Shown in pieces: positions 1 through 12,569 of a DNA stretch of 64,000 nucleotides. A model generated the notes under the pieces. The model was not told where the DNA came from, made no database searches, and worked only from the letters and a program-made list of their open reading frames with translations. Made by a program: the position numbers and the translations under genes. Source of the DNA: Octopus sinensis (taxonomy: Eukaryota); assembly GCF_006345805.1 (NCBI RefSeq), contig NC_042999.1:119474001-119538000 (forward strand). Direction: 5' to 3'. The number at the start of each line of letters is the position of its first letter. Position 1 is the stretch's first letter.

Positions 1-105
1 CAACAGATATTGTTATATTCTGACATCGTCGATAGAATGGTTCTATCTGGCACTGTATGACCGCCAGTCATACAGTCTTATTATCCTCAAGAGGTTGAAT
101 TGATA

Positions 106-1374
106 CGAGGGACGTTCAATAAGTAATTCCTCTGACCCACTTGCAGTTGTTTGATCTAGCTGAAATTTTGCATGTGCAATTATTTATATCTCTATAGATT
201 AAGTGGCAAATTACAGCTCTGAGCTAATTGTGGTTTCTGATTTACAGGTGTTTGAACTGAGTCAAGTGCGAAATGGAGCCTGTTGAGTGTCGAGCAGTGA
301 TCCGGTTTTTGTATTTGAAAGGACGCACACCACAGGAGACTTTTGATGAAATGAAAGTAACTTATGGTGATGATGCCCCATCATATGACCTTGTAAAACG
401 CTGGCATCGTGAATTCAAACATGGTCGGAACTCTGTGGAAACAGCTCCCAGATCTGGTCACCCCCTTCTGCTATTGATGAGGCATCTGTCCGTCAAGTTG
501 AGGGTGCCATTTTGGAAGATCGATGCATAACTATTCGCCAAATAGCCCATGAGGTCAAGATTAGTACCGGGTCTGTGGAAACTATCATTCATGACCATTT
601 GCATATGCAAAAGGTGTCTGCCAGATGGATTCCCAGGTTGCTCACACCTTTCCAGAAGCAAGAACGCGTCGAGTGCTCGAGGATGAATTTGGAGATGTGC
701 CAAGAAGATGAGTCAAAAGTTTTCAAAAGACTGATTACACTGGATGAAACCTGGGTCCATCACTATGATTCAGAGACCAAAGCCCAGTCAATGCAGTGGA
801 AGCACCGTGACTCACCTCCTCCAAAGAAGGCAAGGGTGCAGCCCTCCACTGGCGAGGTCATGCTCACAGTCTTCTGGGACCAGGATGGAGTAGTGATGAC
901 AGATTTCCTGGCAAAGGGTACCACAATTACAGGAGCCTATTATGCTTCACTTTTGAGGAAATTATGAGAAGCTATCAAAGTCAAGAGGTGGGGCAAGATC
1001 AGCAAAGGCATCCTCCTCCTGCAGGACAACGCTCCGGTTCACAACTCGCGTGTCGCCAGATCAGAAGCACAGGCGTGCTGCTATGAACTCCTCCCCCATC
1101 CCCCTACGCTCCTGACCTTGCACCCTCTGATTTTCACCTCTTCCCAGCCATGAAGTTTTTTTTGAAAGGAAAGCATTTTACAGATGATGCAGCCTTGATT
1201 TCTAAAGTCACGTCGTGGTTGGAGGACCAAGCTGGGGTCTTCTACAAAAACGATGGCAGAAAGGCGTAACTCTGGGTGGTTCCTATGTAGAAAAAGACTA
1301 ATAACTGTGCCAAGTTTCGTTGCTCTACTGCTATGGGAAGTGGGTCAGGGGCATTACTTATTGAACGCCCCTCG
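106..1374 (+). mobile_element. Full-length mariner (DD34D) DNA transposon, probably irritans-like, inactive
   Basis: About 37-bp TIRs (CGAGGGACGTTCAATAAGTAATTCCTCTGACCCACTT vs reverse complement CGAGGGGCGTTCAATAAGTAATGCCCCTGACCCACTT). TA on both flanks (104-105, 1375-1376). Length 1269 bp. Confidence 0.95.
273..1301 (+). pseudogene. Mariner transposase pseudogene
   Basis: HTH N-terminus (ECRAVIRFLYLKG...WHREFKHGR), WIPRLL, DETW, QDNAP and YAPDLAPSDFHLF motifs. Frameshift near 465, in-frame TGA at 965-967, further small deletions near the C-terminus. Confidence 0.93.
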
Positions 1375-2430
1375 TATAACATCCACTTAGTATCGCAGTA
1401 TAATTACTATATTAGCACAGGCAAGACTACATGTAGTCTCGACCTTCTGTTCTTCTGTCGACCAGCAACTGGTCTATTTTTGACTGGCTTCTATCACTTT
1501 TCACCAGGTGGAGTGTACAGTTTCACTATACAACAATTTCTAGAAACACAAGTGACTGCATAGACAACCCTTTATTAACTCAATTGAGTGTCTAGAGACT
1601 TGCCTATGAGTGACCACATAAAGCTTCTTTGTTTTTGTTGATGGTGTTGTTCTTTTTTATACTTAAAGCACAACACAGTATTCATTACATACATTATTTG
1701 AATGTAAAGTAACTTCACATTAATTCCACAATCCTATATTCAATACTTTATTGCATGTATTTTTTTCTCCTCTATACTGAGTTCAAATCCTTGAGCAATC
1801 AATTTCGGCATTCAGTCTTTTAAGGCTGATAAAATAAAATACTGGTCCATAATGACAGGCAAAATTATTAAAGAGTTTAATGAGATATTTGTAACAGCAT
1901 TTTGGTTTCTTAGTTCTTGTGTGGCACGTAATCCATTGGCCCTCCAGCTCTTGAGTGATTTTTGCAGAGTTCATGCTGATGCAAGCATCTGTGCTACATT
2001 TCCAGTTTGAGGATAATTTTCTTTCTTCTACAAGCTTCAGAGACCCTGTCAAAATATCAGGACATGGGCACCACAGTTTCCCACTCTGGCTAAACAATAA
2101 AAAAGAAGTTCTAATATCAATTTGTTGAAAATGACTGCTTTGTATCCAAATTCACAATATGAGTTGTGTCTTGTGCAAAGCGTTCTTTATGATTGCTGTT
2201 CTTCAAAAATAGAGTGGTAGTTGAGGAAAGCAAAGTTGTGTCAGACTGTTAGAGGGCCTGACAAAACGTTTTAAAGCACTTAATCAAGACGTTCTATGTT
2301 ATAATTTCAAATTTTGACAGGGTTAACTTTGCTTTCCAATCTTCTGGAGTTGATCAAATAGGTACCATTTGGATACTTGATCGATTGTATTGACTGTTTT
2401 ATCTTTCAAACTCTGTGTCCTGTAAGAAAT

Positions 2431-2465
2431 TATTATTGTTATTATTATTATTGTTATTATTATTA

Positions 2466-2530
<65 letters not shown>
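2431..2530. repeat. (TAT)n microsatellite
   Basis: Direct sequence; source of the poly-Y/poly-L ORFs. Confidence 0.97.
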
Positions 2531-2755
2531 TAAGGTGGGAGCTGGCAGAATCGTTAGCACACCCGACAATAAACTTCATAATACTGTGATATTTCATCCA
2601 CCCTTACATTCTGAGTTCACATTCTTCTGAGGTTGACTTTGCCTTTCATCCTTTTAGGGTCAATGAAATAAGTACCAGTGAAACATTGGGGTCGATGTAA
2701 TCGACTAGCCTTCTCCCACAAAATTTCAGGCCTTGGGCCTATAGTAAAAAGGATC
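2531..2755 (+). mobile_element. tRNA-derived SINE, family A (central domain GACTTTGCCTTTCATCC...GGTCGATAAA-TAAGTACCAG, MetaSINE-like)
   Basis: AAGGTGGGAGCTGGCAGAATCGTTAGC head, GTTCA B-box-like segment and shared central domain. Further copies near 7164-7385, 7955-8190, 9185-9410, 24773-25005, 36790-37205, 39905-40135, 41935-42330 (+) and 15890-16985, 17555-17765, 56780-56985 (-). Superfamily assignment is from memory. Confidence 0.85.
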
Positions 2756-2836
2756 ATTATCATAGTCAGTGGTAGCAGTAGTGGCAGTGGAGTCAGTGTT
2801 ATTGTGATCATCCTCATCATCTTCATGAATATCATC

Positions 2837-2872
<36 letters not shown>

Positions 2873-2889
2873 CATATACATACAACAGA

Positions 2890-3500
2890 TTAAACTGTTG
2901 GAAAAGGAAAACCCCAACATTGGGCTACAACAAGTAATCTGACTTCATTAGTTTCTCCCATTCTTCTGATGTACACCGCCTCAATTTTTGTTTTCATTTC
3001 TATAGCTAGTATTCTGTCAGATTCTAATACTCCTAGATACTTATAACTCTCTCTTCCTATCAATGCTTTTAGTGTCTGACCATCTGCTAATTGGATGGCT
3101 TCACTGTTGACTACTTGTCCCCTTCTCATGACTAATATTGCACACTTATCTATGACAAATTTCATGTCTATATCTTTATTGAAAAGTCTTACAGTCTGTA
3201 TTGATGTAGCTGTATCTTTTTCATTCTCGCTAAAATGTTTCATATCATCCAATGTAGAGCAAATGGTTTAATTTTTCTCTTACTATTTCTAAACTGATAC
3301 TTTGCCTTCCTTAATACTAAACTGAGGGGGATGAAACACAAGATAAATATTAAAGGGGTTAATGAGACCTCTTCAAAAATTCCTCTCTTGATATCCAACT
3401 ATCCCTAAGACTGTGTCACCTGAGTATAGATTTACTTTCTATTTCTTCATGCTACAGCTAATTAATTCTCTTATGTTGTCTGCTATACTGAATATATTCA
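2890..3500 (-). mobile_element. Dong/R4-clade non-LTR retrotransposon fragment (RT domain)
   Basis: MDDMKHF...IQTVRLFNKDIDMKFVIDKCA...YKYLGVLE matches the RT domain 5-7 pattern of R4/Dong elements. Confidence 0.8.
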
Positions 3501-3639
3501 AACATTCACTTATCCATAAGTGTGGGATCATGCCATAGGCTTTTTATACTCTATCCATTGTTGTTTTTGTTGTTGTTGTTATTATTGTTGTTGTTGTTAT
3601 TATTGTTGTTGTTGTTGTTATTATTGTTGTTGTTGTTGT

Positions 3640-5348
3640 TGTCATTCATCATCATCATCATCATCATCGTCGACATCGTCGTTCAACGTCCACTTTCCAT
3701 GCTAGCATGGGTTGGACGATTTGACTGAGGTCTGGCAAACCAGATGGCGGCACCAGGCTCCAATCTGATCTTGCAGAGTTTCTACAGCTGGATGCCCTTC
3801 CTAACACCAACCACTCCGAGAGTATTGTGGTTGCTTTTACGTACCACCAGCACAAGGGCCAGTTATGCAATAGTGGCAACGGGCATGCTCAAATGGTGCT
3901 TTTTTTGTGTCACCTGCACAGGAGCCAGTCCAACAGCACTGGCAATGACCTCACTCAAATGTTTTTTTATGTGCCACCAGCACAAATGCCAGTAAGGCAA
4001 CACAGGTAACGATCATGCTCAAATGGTGCTTTTTACGTGCCACTGGCACAGAAGCCAGTTTGTTGCTCTGGCAATGATCACTCTTGGATGGTGTTCTTAG
4101 CACTCCACTAGCATGGATACCAGTCATCGAATTTGATTTCGATTCTGATTTCAATTTCAATTTCACTTGCCTCAACAGGTCTTTGCAAGCAGAGTTTAGT
4201 GTCCAATGAAGGAAAGGTACACATAAAGTGGGCTGGTTACACCCCTGGTATAGGCCACGAGGTTATGGTCTCACTTGGCTTGCCGAGTCTTCTCACGCAC
4301 AGCATATTTCCAAAGGTCTTGGTCACTAGTCATTGCCTCGGTGAGGCCCAATGTTCGAAGGTCATGCTTCATCACCTCATCCCAGGTCTTCCTGGGTCTA
4401 CCTCTTCCACAGGTTCCCTCAATCACTAGGATGTGGCACTTTTTTACACAGCTATTCACATTCATTCTTGCCACATGACCATACCAGCGCAGTCATCTCT
4501 CTTGCACACCACATCTGATGCTTCTTAGGTCCAACTTTTCTCTCAAGGTTCTCTGTTAAGTATGCACACTGACATTACACATCCATCGGAGCATACTGGT
4601 TTCATTCCTTGCAAGCTTACACATATCTTCAGCAGTCACAGCCCTTGTTTCACTGCCATGTAGCATGGCTGTTCGTTCACATGTGTCATACAGTCTATCT
4701 TTTACGAGAGGCACTTTTTCACCAGCAGAAGTAAGAGCTCTCTGAACTTTGCTCAGGCTATTCTTATTCTAGCAGCTACACTTTCAGCACACTCTCATCC
4801 ACTACTGACTTGGTCACCTAGGTAACGGAAGCTATCAACTACTAGGTAACGGAAGCTATCAACTACTTCTAGTTTTTCTTCCTGGAATGTGGCAGAAGTC
4901 GTTCTCTGCACATTTTCAGTGTTTATTGCTCCCAAGCATCTGCCACATACAAAAACTATCTTCCCAGTTAGCCTTCCTTTGATATTGCTGCTCCTCTTAT
5001 GTGTCCATAGCCTACACTGGATACATCTTATAGAGTTTCTACCTATGCCTTTTCTGCAGATCAAGCAGGGCCAACTACCTGAAGGGATTTGTGGTTTGCC
5101 TGCCTTCCTACTTATTAGGACATTAGTTTTAGCTAGGTTGACTCTAAGGCCCTTTGATTCTAATCCTTGCTTCCATGCTTGAAACTTCTCCTCTAGTTCT
5201 GATAGTGACTCAGCAATTAGAGCAAGGTCATCAGTATAGAGGAGCTCCCAGGGGTATCCAGTCTTGAATTCCTCTGTTATTGCCTGAGGACTATGATAAA
5301 TAGGAGGGGGCTGAGGACTGAACCTTGGTGGACCCCTACATCTACCTG
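3640..5348 (-). mobile_element. 5'-truncated RTE-clade LINE with 3' UTR and (GAT)n tail
   Basis: Minus-strand GVHQGSVLSP..., WELLYTDDLAL, GLRVNLAKTK, Cys-rich CRKGIGRNSIRCIQC, YLGDQ and GRGRPRKTW peptides. 3' UTR has a ~65-bp internal tandem unit (3840-4090). 24-bp perfect duplication at 4819-4866. Confidence 0.9.
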
Positions 5349-5350
5349 GA

Positions 5351-5858
5351 ATTATTATTATTATTATTATTATTATTATTGCCTTTGCACAGCTTCTAAC
5401 GCTGGAGATGCACTGCAGTGTCAGCTGTTCACTACCAGTGAACTAAGGTAACACCTCTTATTTTTCGAGCACCTTCCGGAGTATTAGAGCGGTTCCAAGC
5501 AGTGCTGTTTTCTGCAAGTGTCCCACCCTTATTGCAGCCCCTATTTACCAACAATTATTGGTACTACTGCTACCTTTTTCATCGACCACAACTGCTTAAT
5601 TTCCCAAGCCAACTTGTCCTATCTCTCGACTTTTCTTTCTTCCTTATTGCATACCTTGTTGTCAGCTGGGCATGCTATGTCTATGATCCAGCATAGTTTG
5701 TTTTCTTTCTCAATTAAGACTATGTCCGGCTTTCTCTTCTCAATCTCATGGTCACAATGAATCATAAAATCCCATTGGAACTTTGCATTTCTATTTTTGA
5801 CAATGCCTTCAGGTTTGTGGTCGTACCAATTTTTTGCCCTGTCAAATCCATATTTGTT
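5351..5858 (-). mobile_element. Dong/R4 3' fragment with restriction-like endonuclease domain and (TAA)n flank
   Basis: Minus strand reads WDFMIHCDHEIEKRKPDIVLIEKENKLCWIIDIACP (RLE KPDI...D motif) and ends in (AAT)n at 5351-5380. Confidence 0.85.
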
Positions 5859-5989
5859 GCAAAGAGATATCTAAGTGAATTCCAAATACAACAAATCTCA
5901 GAATTAGATGTGCTGGAAACAAGCACAGAAAAAGCTAAGTGTATGAAAACCTGTGCTAAAACTGCTGCCTTAGATATTCTTATTATTAT

Positions 5990-7099
5990 ATGCTTGACTT
6001 TTGCTTTGTATTTGTACAAGTTGACTGCAAGTCTCACCCAGAGATCTCAAGAGACAACAAGTTAGAAATTCAAGTTGGTGTTATGACTAAGGTGCCATGT
6101 ATTTGGTTTTACACATATTATTGTTCTGGAGAATGTTTAAGAAAATGTAAGAAAATTATAAGATTGTTTTAAAATTTGAGATTACATAGATAATATTTTA
6201 CGTAGGATAGGAACAGTTCCCATGAGCACTCTCTTTTGAATTCCTTATATTTTGGGGTTTCCTGGTATCTGAGCTAGGTAGGAATCAGCCCCTTTTGCTA
6301 TCATTTCTAGGGCACCCATGACAACAGGTATTGTTTCAGTTCTGAGGTTCCACATTTTGCTAATTTCTGTTTCAAGATCGTTATTCTTGCTCAGGTTTTG
6401 GTAGGTCTTAACAGATACATTTATGCTGATTTGGGCAGTCATATCAAGGAGGAGGCATGATTTTTGTCTGAAGTCTTTCAGTATAAAGATAGATGCCTAT
6501 TCGCATCTACCTTTCTGTCAGTTTGAATGGTGAAGTTCCAGAGGAGTGAGATGTGGGCATTTTCAAGCACTGGAGGCAGTTTGTGTTTCCACCAGTTTTA
6601 TCATGGGGCAGGTCCAAGTTTTTGCAGATTACCCAGTGAATATATTGTGACTGTTGAGATACTGTGTAGACACAAAAAGACTGCACATGGAGACATGTTC
6701 AATGGTTTCATTTTGTTGTTTACATACATGACATGTTGGGCTATTGCCATTCTTTAATATGTTAACCTGGTAGCTCCTTGTTGGTAGGTATTGATCTTGG
6801 GCTGCTATGATAAACCTTTCTGTTTCAGATTTTAAGCCAGAAGACACTAAGGCCTTTGTCAACATTGGCATTATTAGCTCTCTTTGGGTATTTGTCATTC
6901 AGATGTTTTTCTTACCATTTATCAGTGAGAATATCTAAGACAGCAGTTTTAGCACAGGTTTTCATACACTTAGCTTTTTCTGTGCTTGTTTCCAACACAT
7001 CTAATACTGGGTTTGTTGTATTTGGAATTCACTTAGATATTTCTTTGCCTGTTTTGTTACTGAGTATGATGTTTTCTTGTGTTCGTGCTTTAAGAGAAG

Positions 7100-7100
<1 letters not shown>
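5990..7100 (-). mobile_element. Second Dong/R4 fragment (C-terminal zinc knuckle and RLE)
   Basis: SGLKSETERFIIAAQDQYLPTR..CHVCKQQNETIEHV and EISKMWNLRTETIPVVMGAL peptides, frameshifted. Confidence 0.82.
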
Positions 7101-7165
<65 letters not shown>

Positions 7166-7599
7166 GGTGGTGAGCTGGCAGAATCATTTGCACGCTGAGT
7201 AAAATCTTAGTGGCAGTTTGTCCCTCATTATGTTCTGAGTTCATATGCTACCAAGGTCAGCTTTGCCTTTCATCCTTTCAGGATCATATAAAATAAGTGC
7301 CAGTTGAGTACTGGGGTCAATGCAATCGACTTACCCCAGTCCCCAAAATTGCTGAACTTGTGCCAAAATTTGAAATCATTATTATTGTATAACTGTTCAG
7401 CATTTGGTAGTTTCAGGTAAATTTCTACTGTATCACCTGCTACACCTCAGTGTTGCTGGGGTGTGTGCAGCATTGTGTATTCATTTCTGTTGTTGGGAGT
7501 GTGCAAACTGTTCCCAGTATTGTTTTATGTTAGTTTTTTCCCTTGCAGTGGTGCAGTCTTTTGTTCTATAACTGCTTGTATTGAGTGTTGAATGTGTAA

Positions 7600-7950
7600 T
7601 GCATTGGGTAACTGGATTGCTGTTGGAAGTTTCTTTCATTGGATAATTGCTGTGTAGAGTGTGTCTTATGTTTGTGGGTTGTTTTGTTTAGGTTGTATTA
7701 TTGAATTGATAGTGTCTTGCATAGGATGTGGGCTGTTCCTAGCAGGGCTATCTTTTTGGATAGTATGTAGTGTTGAGGATCCAGGTATAGTTTCTACGTT
7801 TTTGTTCATAAGTTTTTTCATCATATCCAATGCTCCAATTATTATTGGTATTGTTTCCACCTTCATGCCCCACATTTTAAATACTTCAATTTCGAAGTCT
7901 TCGTACCGTAACAATTTCTCCACTTCTTTTTGGACAATGTTTTGATCAGA
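7600..7950 (-). mobile_element. Third Dong/R4 C-terminal fragment
   Basis: EVEKLLRYEDFEIEVFKMWGMKVETIPIIIGAL is homologous to the 6245-6442 peptide. Confidence 0.72.
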
Positions 7951-9999
7951 TGAGAGCTGCAAGCTGGCAAATTTGTTAGCATGCTGGACAAAATTCTTAG
8001 CAATATTTCTTCTGGTTCTTTACAGTTTGAGTTTAAATCCTGCCAAAGTCGACTTTGCTTTTCATCCTTTCAGGGTCAATAAAATAAGTACCAGTCGAGC
8101 ACTGCGGTTGATACAACTAACTTACCCCCACCCCTCAAAATTGCTGGCCTTGTGAAAAACATTGAAGAATTATTATTATTATCATTATTATCATTGTTAA
8201 AATGATTGAGAGCACTTATCCCTTTCATTTCCATTTTTCTGATGAAAAACACTGTCTGTATTTTAATTAATTTTGAAAATATTCAAGAATTTGGAGAGGT
8301 TTCATAAAACAACAAACTTTGTCATTAAGTTAGTGTTTGGAATATGACTTAATTAAAGATTCTTGCATAATATTATGATGGACAGTTTTAATTTAAATAT
8401 GAACATTTTAAAAGGGATAGTTTTGAAATGGAATCAAACACTGTTAGATGTAGTTGGGTTGATATCAAAAATGGGTAGAATGAACGCCACAATTGATTAA
8501 GACTAAACAAAATGCTTTGCAGTATATAGTAATTTCCTTTTACATTCCAAGTTCTAATCTCATAAGAACAACTTTACCTTTCATGTAGCTGGGATTGATA
8601 AACTAAGTATCAGTCATTTAGTGTGATAAATTTGAATAACTTTGAGGTTAACTTTATGGTATTGTGTCAGTCTAACAAATTTCCCAGTGCAACACAATTT
8701 TTATCCTTGGGTGGCAACTGTTTTTTCCTATTTGCTTGCCCCTAGAAAATACGAAAAATGGTTAATACTTCCTTCAAACTTTGCTTTTGTTACATTTATT
8801 GAAATCTCCAAAAGAATCCCTCTCAACATATGGCTATGATGCTCTTCAACTATTTCTGTTCATGATCAGAGATGCATGTATATTGTCAGCTGTTAAGGGG
8901 CATGCTTAAGCAGTTAGGGTCAAGCAAATGACAAGCAAGTCTGTGATATTGAGCAGAATATTTGTTCTAATAATATTCTTGCTTCAGCAACTCAGTGGTG
9001 ACTCTGTCTGAAATGTAATGGAAAATGAGTCAGTTTCAAATCATTGATGTCTAAGTCACAAAAGCAAAGTCTGAAGGGAATAGCAGTCATTTCCTTTGAT
9101 TTCTACATAGAAGTAAACAGGAAATAAAACTTAATGACCAAAGGCAAAAAGAAAAAAAAATTGTCATTATTGTTAAACTAATTAAGGTGGCAAGCTGGCA
9201 GGATGATTTTCATTCCAGACAAAATGCTTAGCAGCATTTCAGCCATTTCTATGTTTTAAGTTCAAATTCCACTGAAGTTGACTTTGCCTTTCTTCCTCTT
9301 GGGAATGATGAATTACATACCATTTAAGCACTGGAGTTAATGTAATTGACTTACCTACTACCCCAAAATTCCAGGCCTTGTGCCTATTTTACAAAGGATT
9401 ATTGTTAAGATGATTAAAAACGATGGTAGAGCAAGAGGTAAAGCCACCAGCAAGCTAAATCTGCAATGCAGTTTCATTCTCATTTCACACCATTTCAGTT
9501 TATTTCACTTACACTAGTCTTGTTCTTTGCAAAAATACGAATATCCTATTTTACATCCCAATTTCTCTTTTATATATGGGATCTTTGTCCTCAGTATAAC
9601 AAAAACAAAAAGAAAAAAATTCCTGTTTTAGTGTTGTAGAATGCATTTCTCATAGACTGTATCATTGCCTTTATCATGTCATCTGTGAAATATTCAGGAA
9701 TTAAGGGATATCATAGTTGATCTAAGCTGCCTATAAATATTAATTCTATCACAGCAACCAATTGCGTTTCATCATGTTAATTTATTTTTCAATTTAGATA
9801 TTTATTATTGTTGTCACTAACATCCTCCTCATCACTGCTTCAACCATTATCATCAACATCATCAGCATCATCGTTGTTGCTGTCGTCATGTTTATTTGTT
9901 TTTTTTCTTCTTTAATATACCAAATTATGATGATCATGTTCATCTTTCCTTAGATGATATTAAAACTGCTTTTTAGTATTATTTCTTCATACATCAGAA

Positions 10000-11344
10000 A
10001 TTTAAGTAGAAATGGCAATAACAATACTGGCAGCTTTATTGTCATTATTATTATTAGCCCTTGTGGCTAATGAAGAAAGGATTATCATTATTATTATTAT
10101 TATCATCATCATCATCATCATCATTATTATTGTTATTATTTTTTTCATTATTATTATTAGTATTATTATTACTATCAACTACAAATTTTATTATTACAGC
10201 AGCAGCACTAGTAGTAGTGGTAGCAGCAGCAGCAACCACACCAGCAAGAGCAAAGCCAGCTATAACATAGCAGTGGTTCTAACAACAGCAATCATGACCA
10301 CAAGAAACAAAAAACAAAAATGGCACCAACAATGCTCAAGTCAATAACAACAACAACAGCAACAATGATGGACTACCACCACCACTACTACTGCTGCTGC
10401 TGCTGCTGTTGGCAACAACAAACAACAACCAGAGTAAAATCAACAACATGAAAACAAATAAATGATTACAGCTAAAATAAAAAAACATCAACATGAACAG
10501 CAGCTGCAGCAACAGTGGTGGTGGTAGTGGTGGTGGTGGTGGTTGTGGTGGTGGTGGTGGTGGTGGCGGTGGTGGAGGTGGTGGTGGTGGTGGTTGTGGT
10601 GGTGGTGGTGGTGGTTGTGTTGTTGTTGGTGGTGGTTGTGGTGGTTGTGGTGGTTGTGGTGGTTGTGGTGGTAGTGGTGTTGTTGTTGTTGGTGGTGGTG
10701 GTTGTGGTGGTGGTGGTGGTGGCGGTGGTGGAGGTGGTGGTGGTGGTTGTGGTGGTGGTGGTGGTGGTTGTGTTGTTGTTGTTGGTGGGGTGGTGGTTGT
10801 GGTGGTTGTGGTGGTGGTGGTATTAGTGTTTTGCTATATTTTCTTGACTGGCAATAATGACAATAAAAATTGCAAACATAAGAGGTGACTACATTGATAA
10901 TGGCTACAACAACAACAAACAAAAAGAGACACAATAAAAAAAACAACACTGACGGCAGTAACAACAACAACAACAATAACGATAATGACAACAACAGCAA
11001 CAGGGGCAGCAAAGACAACAATAACAACAAAAACAGCAATAGCAGTAGCACCAACAACAACAACAGCAGCAGCAACAACAACAATGATAATGCAACAATG
11101 ATATAATTTACCGCAGTAGTGGTTAAGACAATAATAACCATGACAACAAAGCTGATTAGCATTACAAACAACAACAACAACAATAACTGCTGCAGTGAAG
11201 AGTGTAGCAAGTACGAGATCTGATCCAAAGACAACCAAAGAAAAAAAATAAAACAACAACATAAGCAACAATATCTATCACAGTAACCACAACAACCAAA
11301 AACCAACAATAACAAGAACAAAAAAGAACAATAATATTAATAAC

Positions 11345-11388
<44 letters not shown>

Positions 11389-11493
11389 TGATGATGATGA
11401 TAATGATAATGATAATAATAATAATGATAATAATGATAATAATGATAATAATATAATAATAATAATAATAATATAATAATAATAATAATAATG

Positions 11494-11526
<33 letters not shown>

Positions 11527-11600
11527 GACACTTAAAGGCAAGCAAGAACAAGAGCAGCATCTGCAACAACAACAACAACAACAACAACAATAAGAGCAGC
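10000..11600. repeat. Compound trinucleotide microsatellite field ((ATT),(CAG/CAA),(GGT/TGT),(AAC),(AAT/GAT))
   Basis: Direct sequence; explains all homopolymeric ORFs in 10012-11788. Confidence 0.95.
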
Positions 11601-11870
11601 AGTAGCCATAGTAGTGAAGACAGCAAGCAGTAATTCCAATAAGTGGTGCTCATCTGGTCATTTGGCATTGCCAGAGATAGCATGTGAATTGTTCCCGAAT
11701 CACCTAATTGCCTAATATCCTCTATTTCGAAAGGAAAGGATGAAAGGATGCACTGAGAGCTGAGTGCTTGTTGGTTGGCCAGGGCCAAAGAGGTTTTAAT
11801 GATATATTTTTATATCTTTACATTATTTACATTTGACTGATTGATATTTGTCCTCATCTTGTTTGTTGTT

Positions 11871-11916
11871 AACACAACGTTTTGCCTGGTATACCCTCCA
11901 GCCTACATCAGGTGTC
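11871..11916 (-). ncRNA. Degenerate minimal type I hammerhead ribozyme relic
   Basis: Minus strand: GACAC-CTGATGT-AGGCTG GAGGGTATAC CAGGC-AAAA-C GT T-GTGTT. Stem I GACAC/GTGTT, palindromic stem III (AACGTT). Two core changes (A9>U, G12>A) and a stem II mismatch. Confidence 0.5.
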
Positions 11917-11974
11917 TTGGGGAAATTTCAAACCTGGCTTCTCATTCCTAAGGTATTTTGTTTATTTTTTTCGA

Positions 11975-12007
<33 letters not shown>

Positions 12008-12569
12008 TATTATTGTTCAAGTCACTGCTTGGAATTGAACTCAGAATTTTGGGGTTAGTAGCCCGTGCTCTTAACCACTACGCCATATGCTCTTAAATAT
12101 AGAACTGTATTTTTATACCTGTTAAATCGAAACAGAACTAGGAGCTTAACAAACTAGTGCAAAAAATCATAAAAATATACAAAAAGCAGCAGTGGCATTG
12201 TCATTGTCATCATCATAATCATCACCACCACCATCATCATAATCATCACCACCACCATCATCATCATCATAATCATCACCACCATCATCATCATCATACT
12301 CATCATCCTTGTTCTCCTCCTCCTTTTCATCATCAACATTATCATCATCAGTGGTTCCCAAACTTGTCCAAACTATTGCCCCTTTTTCAACACTTACACC
12401 CATCCATCGCCCACACCCCCACCCTAAACAAGTCACCATGTTTATTGTGATAAGAAGGTACTTGAAGAAAAATTAATGTTTTATGTCATCTAATCTTACT
12501 AAAGTTATAGAAACAGTTCTGAATAGAATTTTTTTTTTTTTTTCAGTAAGCATGGACATACATGTAGTT

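Noticed and set aside
1424-1439. Perfect 16-bp palindrome AGACTACATGTAGTCT resembling a hammerhead stem II
   Set aside because: Flanking core nucleotides (CTGANGA, GAAA) are absent; too degenerate to call.
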